Source: an uncultured Chloroflexia bacterium
Lineage (GTDB): Bacteria > Chloroflexota > Ktedonobacteria > Ktedonobacterales > Ktedonobacteraceae
NCBI GenBank assembly: GCA_963791655.1
Contig: CAWBSZ010000001.1
Span: forward strand, 90,773 to 154,772
Length of the DNA: 64,000 bases
Direction: 5' to 3'
In this document: one piece after another, positions 10,900 through 20,264 of the stretch
Layout of the letters: every line of letters starts with the position of its first letter
Position numbering within the stretch: the stretch's first letter is position 1
Notes under the pieces: model-generated
Database searches by the model: none
What the model saw: only the letters and a program-made list of their open reading frames with translations
Told to the model about the DNA's origin: nothing
Position numbers and translations under genes: made by a program

Positions 10900-11495
10900 C
10901 CTTCAGTACCAGTATTGTGATTGCCAATCTTCTGGGTGGCTCTATCGTTCCAGGCTTCACAGAGGAACTCGCTTTTCGTGGCTACATCTTCCAAAATCTG
11001 GGGGAAATATCCCCGATCTGGCTGGCTACCTTATTAGCTGGTGTTCTCTTTGGACTCTTTCACTTTTTGCACTTTGGCAAAGGGTCTGTCTTCGCTATCG
11101 TCTCATTTGTCGGCCTTGCCATACTCTTCACCATCTTTACCGTCATCCTTCGGCTGGGTACGCGAAGTTTGTGGCTGGCAATCGGTCTCCATACAAGCTG
11201 GGATTGGTTCCTCAAAAATGTGCTAGGACTAGGCTCTGTCGATTCGCCCACATACGGTCATGCCTTGCTTCATATTAGCATAACTGGTCCCGCTATCATG
11301 GTGGGAGTAACCCCCTTCTCAACTGAGAGCGGGTTGGTTGCACTGTTCGTTTGGGTCCTGGGCATTGTACTGTTTTCGCTCTGGGTGCGGTATCGCAAGC
11401 CGAGTTTCTCCTGGCAAGCGCGGCTTACTGACGAAGGACAGGTACAAACTGCTGATTCGGTGAGCGAAGTGAGTGTCGTCGGGAGTTTTCGCTAA
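10896..11495 (+). CDS. CPBP (CAAX) family intramembrane protease, probably N-terminally truncated
   Basis: Motifs EELAFRGY, FGLFHF and GLHTSWDW. Only about 20 aa precede motif 1, whereas family members normally have several TM helices there. The ATGA overlap with the truncated regulator suggests a deletion junction. Confidence 0.6.
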   Translation: MTFSTSIVIANLLGGSIVPGFTEELAFRGYIFQNLGEISPIWLATLLAGVLFGLFHFLHFGKGSVFAIVSFVGLAILFTIFTVILRLGTRSLWLAIGLHTSWDWFLKNVLGLGSVDSPTYGHALLHISITGPAIMVGVTPFSTESGLVALFVWVLGIVLFSLWVRYRKPSFSWQARLTDEGQVQTADSVSEVSVVGSFR

Positions 11496-11623
11496 AGCCT
11501 GCCAAACGTCACTCGGGCAAACAAATTAACCTGTAAACTCTCATATAAAAGCGAATGCTCGTAAGCGTGACACCAGTTATACTCTTTTCAACAATTGGTG
11601 TTACAAGTATCCGAGGAGGTCAT

Positions 11624-11860
11624 ATGTCAAATTTATCGAGCCGCGTGCTAAGCTTGTTAGCTCTGGTTGTACTCATTGTTGGTTGCGTTTTAGTCGGCAT
11701 TAGTGCCATTGGAAGTACTCGTGTCACAAACTCTCTTGGGGGACACTCTACTTCTGGGGTGAATGTACCCCTCTTTATCGTTGGAATGGTTCTGATAGTC
11801 TTGCCAGTAATATTCATCGCCATCTATTGGGCCATGAAGCTCAGCAGAGTACAACGATAG
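11624..11860 (+). CDS. small two-TM membrane protein (hypothetical)
   Basis: ATG at 11624 is preceded by GAGGAGG. Two hydrophobic helices. A strong hairpin follows. Confidence 0.4.
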   Translation: MSNLSSRVLSLLALVVLIVGCVLVGISAIGSTRVTNSLGGHSTSGVNVPLFIVGMVLIVLPVIFIAIYWAMKLSRVQR

Positions 11861-11897
11861 GACAGAAGTCGCCTACTAGATCGTCAGTAAAATCACT

Positions 11898-11963
11898 AAA
11901 CTTCAGTGGCGTTGCTTATCGCCGAATAGAAACTGTCGGCGATGAGCAACGCCACTGAAGTTT
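11898..11963. terminator. long hairpin between convergent genes (bidirectional terminator-like)
   Basis: aaacttcagtggcgttgcttatcgccg / cggcgatgagcaacgccactgaagttt with a 12-nt loop and a T-run after it. Lies between 11624..11860(+) and 11968..12924(-). Confidence 0.6.
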
Positions 11964-11967
11964 CTTC

Positions 11968-12924
11968 TTAAGTCACCTTTTTGCTTACTAGCCAAGCGGT
12001 TGGTGTAAGCAGAGCAATTGCCAGTAGTAAAAAAATTGTAGCTTCTATTGCCTGGAATAACCAGAACCGATTCGCAGGTTGATAGTAACTTTTGGACTGC
12101 AAGCCTTGTTTTTGCTCACAAGCTCGAAATGCAGAGAATGCTTCCGCACTTCCATTCTTACTCAGTTGTGGGCACATCTGAGAAATTGTAGTATCTGAAA
12201 TCTCCTGCCCTCTGCGGTCAATCGTGCCAATATGGATCGTCCAGTCAGCATGTGATGGCGCACCTACATCATCTAAAGAGCTGATAAAAGGAAGTGGTGG
12301 AAGGAAGTATGGGCGGAGCAAGAGTACGATTGCTAATCTCAAAAGGAGAAAGAGGACGATTGTGATGCCGATTGCAGGAACTGATCGACGCACTAGAATA
12401 CCTGACGCAACCCCAAGCGCGAGTGCGAGGAGAGCATATGCAGGCAATACTATTCCGCGCACATCATATGTTGACCAGGGCGAGGTGACTGCGTTCCAGG
12501 GAATACTCCACCAGGTGGTAAGAACCGAGAGTGTAATGAAGGCGAGAAGCGTGATGCTAACCAGCAACAGCAACTTCGTTCCAAGCCAACGTACACGAGT
12601 AATACTTTGAGTCCAGATTAGACGATAGGTCCTCTGTTCCAGTTCGCGTGCGACCAGTGGTGCTCCTATAAACATGCCAGCTAATAAAGGAAAAATGGTT
12701 AATGCGACAGTCATCAGGTTGACGCTGGTTCCGAAAGAATTGATGAAATTTCCTTCGAGTTCGTTGCATGCAGGCTGCTGTAGTGTACAGCTTGCTAGAC
12801 CAGAGCTTTGAAAGGAGGAGAGCATATTTATGCCAGTGATCAATAGGGCCAGCATTATAATTGCCAGAAGTATCCCCGCTATCAAGGCTTCAATGCGATG
12901 CTGCCGCCATGTAACCCAAATCAT
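11968..12924 (-). CDS. ABC-2 type transporter permease
   Basis: 318 aa multi-TM protein. Overlaps and is coupled to the upstream ABC ATPase. Confidence 0.65.
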   Translation of the reverse strand: MIWVTWRQHRIEALIAGILLAIIMLALLITGINMLSSFQSSGLASCTLQQPACNELEGNFINSFGTSVNLMTVALTIFPLLAGMFIGAPLVARELEQRTYRLIWTQSITRVRWLGTKLLLLVSITLLAFITLSVLTTWWSIPWNAVTSPWSTYDVRGIVLPAYALLALALGVASGILVRRSVPAIGITIVLFLLLRLAIVLLLRPYFLPPLPFISSLDDVGAPSHADWTIHIGTIDRRGQEISDTTISQMCPQLSKNGSAEAFSAFRACEQKQGLQSKSYYQPANRFWLFQAIEATIFLLLAIALLTPTAWLVSKKVT

Positions 12925-13814
12925 CTTGTGATCTCCTGAGTGTCTTTGTGCTCAATAGGAAGCTGAACTCTTGGTGGGAGAGCAAGATAGGCCAGAATGA
13001 TGTCTTCAAGCGAAACCTCTTGCGCATCCCACACTGGATCAAGTACTGTTCCTTGGGTATGTACCAGCAAAGTACTTTGTCGTTCACTTGAACGAGCTTG
13101 AAGAATAGTATGTGTTTTCGCGAGGGATGCTTCTCGGTTTCTTGGGCCAATCAAACGTTTATGCGTCTTAAGAAGAGGCTCAATGTCGCTAGCGACCTGC
13201 ACTTGAGAAGCCGAGAGGATAATCAGGTAGTCACAGACGCGATCAAGATCAGCGATGAGGTGAGAGGAGAAGAGAACCGTCAGGCCATCCTGAGCTACGG
13301 CATCCATCAGCGTTTGCTGAAACTCATGCCGCGCAAGAGGATCAAGATTCGCGATAGGTTCATCCAGGATGAGCATTTCAGGTCGCTTTGCCAGTGCCAT
13401 AACAAGTGCAACTTGTGCCTGTTGACCACCTGAAAGTTTCCCTGTTGGTCGATGAAGTGGAATAGCGAGACGGTCCAAACGTTCTCTCGCCAAATCCATA
13501 TCCCAATTTGGATTCAGCTTTTGCCCAAGTATCAGCATATCTTTTACGCTAAAGTAACGGTATAAAGGTCGGTCCTGCGCTACGAAGCCAACTCGTGGCA
13601 AGGTGGAACGTGGTTGTTCTCCAAATACTTGAACGTTGCCATCGCTAGGCTCAAGTAGACCTACAGCAAGATGAAGTAACGTTGTCTTGCCAGCACCATT
13701 AGGGCCAACAAGACCAGCCACACGTCCGATGGGCAGTTTAAACGTGCAGTCACGTAATGCCCAATCTTTTCCATAACGTTTACCAAGATGCATTGTTTCT
13801 AATGCAGAAATCAT
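12921..13814 (-). CDS. ABC transporter ATP-binding protein
   Basis: Walker A GPNGAGKTT, signature LSGGQQ, Walker B LILDEP. Confidence 0.9.
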   Translation of the reverse strand: MISALETMHLGKRYGKDWALRDCTFKLPIGRVAGLVGPNGAGKTTLLHLAVGLLEPSDGNVQVFGEQPRSTLPRVGFVAQDRPLYRYFSVKDMLILGQKLNPNWDMDLARERLDRLAIPLHRPTGKLSGGQQAQVALVMALAKRPEMLILDEPIANLDPLARHEFQQTLMDAVAQDGLTVLFSSHLIADLDRVCDYLIILSASQVQVASDIEPLLKTHKRLIGPRNREASLAKTHTILQARSSERQSTLLVHTQGTVLDPVWDAQEVSLEDIILAYLALPPRVQLPIEHKDTQEITR

Positions 13815-14224
13815 GCTATTTGCTCCCGTTTCTGAAATTGCTGAAACGTAGAAGTGAAGAGAGCGAGAATATTCTCTTCATCTAAGCCAGCTCCTTCTGC
13901 TTCCTGTAACCATGAAACAAGACTCTGACGTAGTGCTGCATGACTTGCCAGTGATGCATCAGCCAACGTCTTACGAACAAAAGTCCCTTGACCTGGGCGG
14001 CTTTCGATTAATCCTTCATGTTCCAACTCTCGATAGGCTTTGAATACCGTGTTGGGGTTAATGGCAAGGCTAGACACGACTGTACGCATCGTCGGTAGCT
14101 GATCCCCTACCTTGAGAAAACCAAGACGTAGTGCTTGCTTAACCTGCTGCACCAGTTGCTGATAGGGCGAAACGCCAGAATGGGAGTCAAGATAGAACTC
14201 GATTGTTTGTTTTTCAGCGTCCAT
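13811..14224 (-). CDS. GntR-family (YtrA-like) transcriptional regulator
   Basis: HTH LPTMRTVVSSLAINPNTVFKAYRELEHEGLI. First gene of the GntR-ABC-permease operon. Confidence 0.85.
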   Translation of the reverse strand: MDAEKQTIEFYLDSHSGVSPYQQLVQQVKQALRLGFLKVGDQLPTMRTVVSSLAINPNTVFKAYRELEHEGLIESRPGQGTFVRKTLADASLASHAALRQSLVSWLQEAEGAGLDEENILALFTSTFQQFQKREQIA

Positions 14225-14460
14225 TTTTCTTCTTCTATCTACCTAAATAACTACGTAACTAGTAATATGATAAAATCTCTGAGTACATTTGTCAAGAGGT
14301 GACAAGTAAAGTGTGTCTGAGAAAACTGCTCCGCATCTGGTATACTTTTCTTAGAGTTATAAATTGTGTGTGTGTCTCAGACGAATTGGCCATTGGTACG
14401 CTTCATTTCCCAATTGTGCAAGACAGATACCAATTGTTGTATTGGGTTCCAGAGAAAAGG

Positions 14461-15069
14461 ATGTGGAACATGCAACCACTTTTCGTTCAGAATCCTCTGT
14501 TTCGGAATGTCCTACTGGCCGGATATGTCATTTGGGCGGTGATGGAAGTGTTCTTGGGAATCAGGCAAATCACGCTTCTCCGTGCCGGTGCCCGGCTCCA
14601 AGATAAAGGATCGCGGGCGGCTGTTACTGCAACGCTCGGCATCGGCATCTTTCTCTGCTGGCAGCTACCTTTCGCTGTTCCTGCCACCACCATCATGAGC
14701 GCGAGCGTTTTCGTCTTCTGGTCCGGCATTGCTCTGGTCTACGCTGGTCTCGCTTTCCGTCTCTATGCCATCACAGTGCTTGGTCGCTATTTTACTCCCA
14801 GCGTAGCGGTTGTTGCCAATCAGCAGGTAGTAGAAGACGGACCATACAAGCTCATTCGTCATCCCGCCTATACTGGTTTGCTCATCATGTTCCTCGGATT
14901 CGGACTTAGCTCTATCAATTGGTTGAGTCTGCTGGCCCTGATGGGCTGTGTGCTGATTGGCTTGAGCTACCGTATCTATGTGGAAGAGCGTGTCCTGCAG
15001 GAGCATCTGGGCAAGCCGTATCAGGAGTATATGCAGCGCACGAAACGGCTTATCCCCTTTGTGCTGTAA
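14461..15069 (+). CDS. isoprenylcysteine carboxyl methyltransferase (ICMT/PEMT) family membrane protein
   Basis: Motif GPYKLIRHPAYTGLLIMFLG. Start placed at the internal ATG 14461 of ORF 14299..15069. Confidence 0.7.
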   Translation: MWNMQPLFVQNPLFRNVLLAGYVIWAVMEVFLGIRQITLLRAGARLQDKGSRAAVTATLGIGIFLCWQLPFAVPATTIMSASVFVFWSGIALVYAGLAFRLYAITVLGRYFTPSVAVVANQQVVEDGPYKLIRHPAYTGLLIMFLGFGLSSINWLSLLALMGCVLIGLSYRIYVEERVLQEHLGKPYQEYMQRTKRLIPFVL

Positions 15070-15273
15070 CGGAAGATGAGGCTCCTTTTGCTCTGGGAGC
15101 ATTCGCTTGGAAATAACATACACTCATCGCATCTGGACAAAATCTTCGTTATTCTTTATACTTATTACTAAGCAAGCTTACGATGTTGTTTGCTAAGCTT
15201 CCCCTATTAGTTTGCCTCGAAACTGTATCCCACACATCGCAGCACCCCATGCTGCACAGGAGGTCTCGCTACT

Positions 15274-16371
15274 ATGTCAACCCCTGCAGAACACGTCTTT
15301 CCTCAATATGCTCACGCCGTTTTCGCGGGTGGAGGCGTGCGTGGCATCGCGCATGTCGGAGCACTTGAGGTCGCGGAACAACTTGGCTATCGCTGGCAGC
15401 ATGTCGCAGGTACCTCGGCTGGTGCGATCATCGCTACACTTGTCGCTGCTGGCTACAATGCGCAAGAACTGTACGCGATCATGCAAGAAATCGACTACTC
15501 GCGCTTCATTGCAAGTCCTCATTTTGATTTACTGCATACCACGGAAATATCGAACCTTCTCACGTACGGAGGTCTACACGATGCTACGTATATAGAAACA
15601 TTTGTGCGTGAAAAATTGCAGGCAAAAGGAGTTCACACGTTTGGTGATCTGGTTGTGCAAGGACAAGAGCAACATCCCGACCTCTTCCAACGTTATCGCC
15701 TGACAGTTATCGTCTCAGATATCACACAGGGGAGGATTGTGCGCTTACCTCAAGACGCTCATCTCTATGGTCTTGATCCCAACGCCCTAGATGTAGCAAG
15801 AGCAGTACGTATGAGCGCGAGTATTCCGTTTTTCTTCATTCCACTGCAACTTACAGATGCTAACGGTGTGCATAGCTGTATCGTTGACGGTGGTTTGCTC
15901 AGCAATTTCCCACTTTTCCTCTTTGAACATGCTTATGGTAAGCGCGATACTGCCCTTCCAACATTTGGCTTTCAACTTGTTGATACTGTACAGCAACCTA
16001 CCATCGGTAATAATGGTAATGTTGGTAATGAGAGTAATGTTCCGTGTGGTATTGACATGTTGAAAGCGTTGATGAGTACGATGTTGTCGGCGCATGACAA
16101 GCTCTATATAAATGATGAAACGTTTGCGCATACGATCGCCATCCCCACACATAGTATCGCCTCGACGCAGTTCGACCTGACAAAAGCCCAGGCACAACAA
16201 CTCTATGAAAGTGGAATAATGGCTGCAACCCATTTTTTTAAGACGTGGGATTTTGAAGCTTATGTGACGACATATAAAAGTGGAAATAACACAGGAGCAT
16301 CGCGACAGACTCTGCTTCATCAAGCTATGAAGCAGACTGCACAAGCTTATTCATCGTGTAAAGATGTTTGA
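15274..16371 (+). CDS. patatin-like phospholipase
   Basis: GGGVRGIAHVGAL (oxyanion hole), GTSAGA (nucleophile elbow), IVDGGL (catalytic Asp). Confidence 0.8.
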   Translation: MSTPAEHVFPQYAHAVFAGGGVRGIAHVGALEVAEQLGYRWQHVAGTSAGAIIATLVAAGYNAQELYAIMQEIDYSRFIASPHFDLLHTTEISNLLTYGGLHDATYIETFVREKLQAKGVHTFGDLVVQGQEQHPDLFQRYRLTVIVSDITQGRIVRLPQDAHLYGLDPNALDVARAVRMSASIPFFFIPLQLTDANGVHSCIVDGGLLSNFPLFLFEHAYGKRDTALPTFGFQLVDTVQQPTIGNNGNVGNESNVPCGIDMLKALMSTMLSAHDKLYINDETFAHTIAIPTHSIASTQFDLTKAQAQQLYESGIMAATHFFKTWDFEAYVTTYKSGNNTGASRQTLLHQAMKQTAQAYSSCKDV

Positions 16372-16850
16372 AAGTAGGCCATTTGTGTTGGGGCTTCTTC
16401 AACGCCGACCATAATTGTGTGCAAACGCGAGAGGTCATGTTCAGCAAGCATAGTGCGTAGCTCGCCACAAATGTATTCTGCCAGGCGTTCCGCTGTAGAA
16501 TTGTCGATTGGAAGTTCTACCACATCAGTCCTCGGAAAAACATAACGTTTCTGCTGAAAACGAATTTCCCATTCATCAGGCGAGGAGACAAGTTCGAGGT
16601 GGGGATTATGCAGGGGGAGCAAAAAACGGTGATTTAAGCGTTGACAAATTTCGCGCGTGAAGCGTTTCAATACTGTGAAGTCGAAGACAACTTTATCCTC
16701 GCCCAGGTCTCCTACCAACTCAACCAGCACACCATAGTTGTGTCCATGTAGACGTTCGCACTTGCCCCCGAAGGTAATAAAATGGGCGGAACTGAACTTG
16801 AGATTGCCCCCCTCTACCTTAACCTTTCGCATTATCGGTGTACCTGTCAT
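16347..16850 (-). CDS. 6-carboxytetrahydropterin / 6-pyruvoyl-tetrahydropterin synthase family (QueD-like)
   Basis: FSSAHFI...GKCERLHGHNYGV motif. Start placed at internal Met 16850, because the ORF-track N-terminal extension only translates the REP hairpin. Confidence 0.7.
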   Translation of the reverse strand: MTGTPIMRKVKVEGGNLKFSSAHFITFGGKCERLHGHNYGVLVELVGDLGEDKVVFDFTVLKRFTREICQRLNHRFLLPLHNPHLELVSSPDEWEIRFQQKRYVFPRTDVVELPIDNSTAERLAEYICGELRTMLAEHDLSRLHTIMVGVEEAPTQMAYFQTSLHDE

Positions 16851-16893
16851 AAGAAAATCCCCTTTTATAGAAAAATTACCTGGATATGTCTTT

Positions 16894-16964
16894 GTAGGGA
16901 CCGATTTATCACGTCCTCGTCGGCAATTGAATAGCCGACGAGGACGTGATAAATCGGTCCCTAC
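16894..16964. repeat. REPIN-like hairpin, family 1 (GTAGGGACCGATTTATCACGTCC...)
   Basis: Perfect 31-bp arms GTAGGGACCGATTTATCACGTCCTCGTCGGC / GCCGACGAGGACGTGATAAATCGGTCCCTAC with a 9-nt loop. Intergenic. Confidence 0.85.
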
Positions 16965-17122
16965 AGAAATCAACGTTATGTTTCCTCTGTAGGATATCAT
17001 CAGAGGCCATAAGCGACAAGTTTTGCTGTTAACTGGTTGACTGGACATCGCTTTATTCGGGCTGTTATACTATATTCGTGCCAGCAGGGGCATTCCTATG
17101 TTCAGAAGAAGGAGTAAAAACA

Positions 17123-17446
17123 ATGACAGTTGACGAGAGCTTCGTGACCATGCAGAGCATATTTAACCCTTCGGCGGCGGCGGGTTTGAATAAGACATTC
17201 CAGTGGAATATTAGCGGTGATCAAGCCGGTACCTGGGCCTTAAAAATCGCCAACCAGACATGCGAACTTGCCCGTGAAGCTGCGGAAAAACCCGATATCA
17301 CCTTCAACGTAAAAGACACCGATTGGCTCTCCATCGCGGAGGGCAAACTAGACCCGATGAATGCCTTCATGACTGGTAAGGTCAAAGTCACAGGCGATAT
17401 GATGCTAGCAATGCGCGTTCCTAATCTTTTCCCAACGGGTCGCTAA
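17123..17446 (+). CDS. SCP-2 sterol-carrier domain protein
   Basis: AAGGAG precedes ATG 17123. The C-terminal MNAFMTGKVKVTGDMMLAMRV pattern is typical of the SCP2 fold. Confidence 0.7.
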   Translation: MTVDESFVTMQSIFNPSAAAGLNKTFQWNISGDQAGTWALKIANQTCELAREAAEKPDITFNVKDTDWLSIAEGKLDPMNAFMTGKVKVTGDMMLAMRVPNLFPTGR

Positions 17447-17494
17447 CCTGACTCGACGTTTATAACATTGTAAAATGCCTTGTTAGGCGGCATG

Positions 17495-17558
17495 CATGAC
17501 AGGGGCAAGCCACATAGTGGTGAGAAGTATAGTAGTGACAGGGCTTGCCCCTGTCATG
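17495..17558. repeat. hairpin element, CATGACAGGGGCAAGCC family (related to 39166..39264)
   Basis: catgacaggggcaagcc / ggcttgcccctgtcatg arms. The inner segment gtgagaagtatagtagtgaca recurs in inverted orientation at about 39.19 kb. Confidence 0.7.
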
Positions 17559-17697
17559 TTCTATAGTATTATTGTTCAGCTTGAAAACTTGCACACAACT
17601 AGGTTCCTATGGTATACTCGATAAAACGTACTATGTCTCTGCCCAACACTTTAGCACACGCTGACAATTGTAAAAATGCGTTGGAAAGGCGTCAGAC

Positions 17698-18168
17698 ATG
17701 ACGATGAGGAGCAACGAGCTACCGAGTAACATACACTATCTCAATGGCATGCTGACAACCCATGAAGCCGCGAAACAGCTTGATCTCAGCTATTGGCACT
17801 TTATGCACCTTGTTGAGGCTGGACGTATCTCCGGTGTACGTGTTGTAGATCGCTGGCTTTTCTCCCTCGATGACCTCCACGAGTATCGACGTAGTAAGTA
17901 TGGTGAACTTGAAGACCTCGCGCGTACCGCTCTTGACCATCCACGTGTTGGCTTGACAGAAAAGCAAGCGGCCATCTGTCACTACCTCATTGAGAACGAA
18001 CGTCCCTCCGAAATCGCACGCAAACTTCAACAATCCCGTCAGGCAGTCCACTCACAAATCACCCTCATTCGTGAGAAAGTCTCTCGCAGCCAGGTAGAAC
18101 CTCTCCCATCAAATCCACAACGCAAAACTTCGCGCATCAAACAGGCATCGGTTCCCCTGTCATCGTAA
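17698..18168 (+). CDS. DNA-binding protein with two HTH modules (excisionase/MerR-like N-terminus, sigma-70 region-4/LuxR-like C-terminus)
   Basis: LTTHEAAKQLDLSYWHFMHLVEAGRISG and LTEKQAAICHYLIENERPSEIARKLQQSRQAVHSQI, assigned by eye. Confidence 0.45.
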   Translation: MTMRSNELPSNIHYLNGMLTTHEAAKQLDLSYWHFMHLVEAGRISGVRVVDRWLFSLDDLHEYRRSKYGELEDLARTALDHPRVGLTEKQAAICHYLIENERPSEIARKLQQSRQAVHSQITLIREKVSRSQVEPLPSNPQRKTSRIKQASVPLSS

Positions 18169-18263
18169 ACGTCCACTAAATCGTGGATTATATATAATAA
18201 GTTCATTATACAGCATATCTAAAGAATGCCGTATTCTTTTCTCAGCATCATTGGAGCTACTGC

Positions 18264-18527
18264 ATGCATCGTCCTACGATTAACCCGAAAGTTAGTGTCA
18301 GTATTGTTTTTGTTTCCGCTATGTTCATGTCAATCATGGATTCTACTATTGTAAATGTTGCCCTTCCTGCCTTAAGCCATCAGTTTAATACCGTGGGCAC
18401 TTCGATTGGTGCAATTGTTGTCGGGTATCTTGTCAGCCTCGCCATTATTATTCCAGCGTCTGGTTGGCTTGGAGATAGACTGGGTACAAAGCGTGTATTC
18501 TTGAGTGCGTTAGCAAACGTGCCGTAA
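18264..18527 (+). pseudogene. 5' fragment of a DHA2/EmrB-type MFS transporter
   Basis: The first about 85 codons (DSTIVNVALPALS...GWLGDRLGTKRVFLSALA) are typical of TM1-TM2 of EmrB/QacA-type MFS proteins. The reading frame ends where the IS left end begins, and the gene does not resume after the IS. Confidence 0.65.
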
Positions 18528-18617
18528 GCCCCCTGGCTTCCAGACAGGGGGATATAAGGCACACACGCATAGTAGATACCATTGGCATATCTAGTGCGCG
18601 TATAGTATAATTCTTGT

Positions 18618-19016
18618 ATGACATACGAAACAAAAACAAACAACAATAGAGCGTACATTTGCCGTTACCATGTTGTCTTTTGTCCAAAGTACCGACGTAA
18701 GGTACTCATAAATGGGATAGATGAACGCTTGAAAACTATTATCATGGAAGTCATTGAAAAATGGGGGCAAGAACTCATAGAGATGGAAGTTATGCCTGAC
18801 CACGTACATCTGCTTGTAGGGTGCGACCCACAATTTGGGATACATCGGCTGGTCAAGTACATCAAGGGTGCTTCCAGCCGATATCTACGACAAGAGTACC
18901 CTACCTTGAAACAGCGTCTACCGTCTCTTTGGACAAATAACTACTTTGTAGCTACAGTCGGAGGCGTGACGCTTGACACCTTAAAGCGGTATGTAGAAAC
19001 ACAGAAGGATAAATAA
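18618..19016 (+). CDS. tnpA: IS200-type Y1 (HUH) transposase
   Basis: 132 aa. HUH motif PDHVHLLV. Catalytic Tyr context WTNNYFVATVGG. Confidence 0.9.
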   Translation: MTYETKTNNNRAYICRYHVVFCPKYRRKVLINGIDERLKTIIMEVIEKWGQELIEMEVMPDHVHLLVGCDPQFGIHRLVKYIKGASSRYLRQEYPTLKQRLPSLWTNNYFVATVGGVTLDTLKRYVETQKDK

Positions 19017-20263
19017 TGCGAAAGTCTTTCAAGTTTCGCCTGTACCCCAACCATGAGCAAAAACAAAAGATGTTCTTTACCCTCAATCGCTGTAGGGAAT
19101 TGTATAACGCCGCTCTTTCAGAAAGAAAAGATAGCTACAAGTACACTGGTAAGGGCGTTACGTACTACGACCAGAAGAAAGACTTACCTGAAATTAAGGA
19201 CATCAGGGAAGAATATAAAGATATTCATAGTCAGGTGTTACAGGATGTGTTTTTGCGACTCGACAAGGGCATGAAGTCGTTCTTTCGCAGAGTCAAGAAC
19301 GGAGAGAAAGCAGGCTTCCCACGCTTTCAGGGGCGTAACCGCTATGATAGTTTCACCTATCCACAAGGGGGTTATACCCTCTCAGAGAAGCATGTTACCT
19401 TGTCAAAAATAGGGAAGGTCAAAGTCAAACTCTATAGAGCGATTGAAGGGGATATCAAGACCGCAACCGTCAAGCGAGAAGTTGACCAGTGGTCCATCAT
19501 CTTTTCCTGTGAGGTTGAGCAACCCGTACCCTTGCCAGAAGTACAGAGCGAGATCGGCATAGATTTGGGGGTAACCCATTTTGCGGCCTTGTCAGATGGA
19601 ACCTTCATTGACTCACCTCGTTTCTTTCGTAAGGCACAAAAGGACTTGAAGCGCAAACAACGTCACTTGTCGAGGTGTAAACGGGGAAGCCATAGACGCG
19701 ACAAGGCAAGAAAACAAGTAGCGAAATGTTACAGGAAGGTCAAAAACCAACGACGTGATTTCCACTTCAAAGAGGCTAAGAAGCTGGCTGAGCAGCATCA
19801 GGTCATTGTGTTTGAAGACTTACAGTTAACCAACCTCACCAAACATGCAAAGCCCAAACAGGATGAGGCAACAGGTGAGTACCTTCCCAACGGGGCAAGT
19901 GCGAAATCAGGACTAACAAAAAGCATACTTGATGCTGGTTTGGGGCAATTTGTGAAGATCGTGACGTTCAAAGCTGCAAACGCTGGTCGTCAGGTCTACA
20001 CGATTGACCCCAAGTATACCAGTCAGGTATGCAGTGCATGTGGCGTCAAGGGACCACGCAAGGACTTATCCGTCAGGGGACATACCTGTACCTCATGTGG
20101 ACTAGTCCTAGACCGCGATACCAACGCTGCCATCAACATTCATTTGGCGTGGAAGACGCCGACATATTGGAATGCCGTGCGTGGAGCGGCGCGTCAGTGT
20201 GTAGAAGCCCCTGCTTTCTTAGCATGGGGTACTTCACTGAAGTGGTTCAAACGCACCCTCTAA
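19016..20263 (+). CDS. tnpB: TnpB (IS605 OrfB) RNA-guided endonuclease family
   Basis: 415 aa. RuvC-like residues are in IGIDLGV, VIVFEDLQL and DRDTNAAINI. Zinc finger CSACG...CTSCG. The gene appears intact. Confidence 0.9.
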   Translation: MRKSFKFRLYPNHEQKQKMFFTLNRCRELYNAALSERKDSYKYTGKGVTYYDQKKDLPEIKDIREEYKDIHSQVLQDVFLRLDKGMKSFFRRVKNGEKAGFPRFQGRNRYDSFTYPQGGYTLSEKHVTLSKIGKVKVKLYRAIEGDIKTATVKREVDQWSIIFSCEVEQPVPLPEVQSEIGIDLGVTHFAALSDGTFIDSPRFFRKAQKDLKRKQRHLSRCKRGSHRRDKARKQVAKCYRKVKNQRRDFHFKEAKKLAEQHQVIVFEDLQLTNLTKHAKPKQDEATGEYLPNGASAKSGLTKSILDAGLGQFVKIVTFKAANAGRQVYTIDPKYTSQVCSACGVKGPRKDLSVRGHTCTSCGLVLDRDTNAAINIHLAWKTPTYWNAVRGAARQCVEAPAFLAWGTSLKWFKRTL

Positions 20264-20264
20264 G

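Noticed and set aside
16738-16992. ORF-track peptides across repeat elements (for example 16738..16992, 35075..35515, 38914..39270, 49709..49987, 60526..60801, 57317..57757, and the N-terminal extensions of 16347..17048 and 41289..42269)
   Set aside because: They translate both arms of palindromic repeats (VGTDLSRP / GRDKSVPT-type strings), lack ribosome-binding sites and overlap better-supported features. I treat them as artefacts.
15274-17446. Patatin-like phospholipase with neighbours as a possible defence (CBASS-like) module
   Set aside because: There is no cyclase/nucleotidyltransferase, sensor or other effector-associated gene. The neighbours (ICMT-like, QueD-like, SCP2) are unrelated, differently oriented metabolic-type genes.
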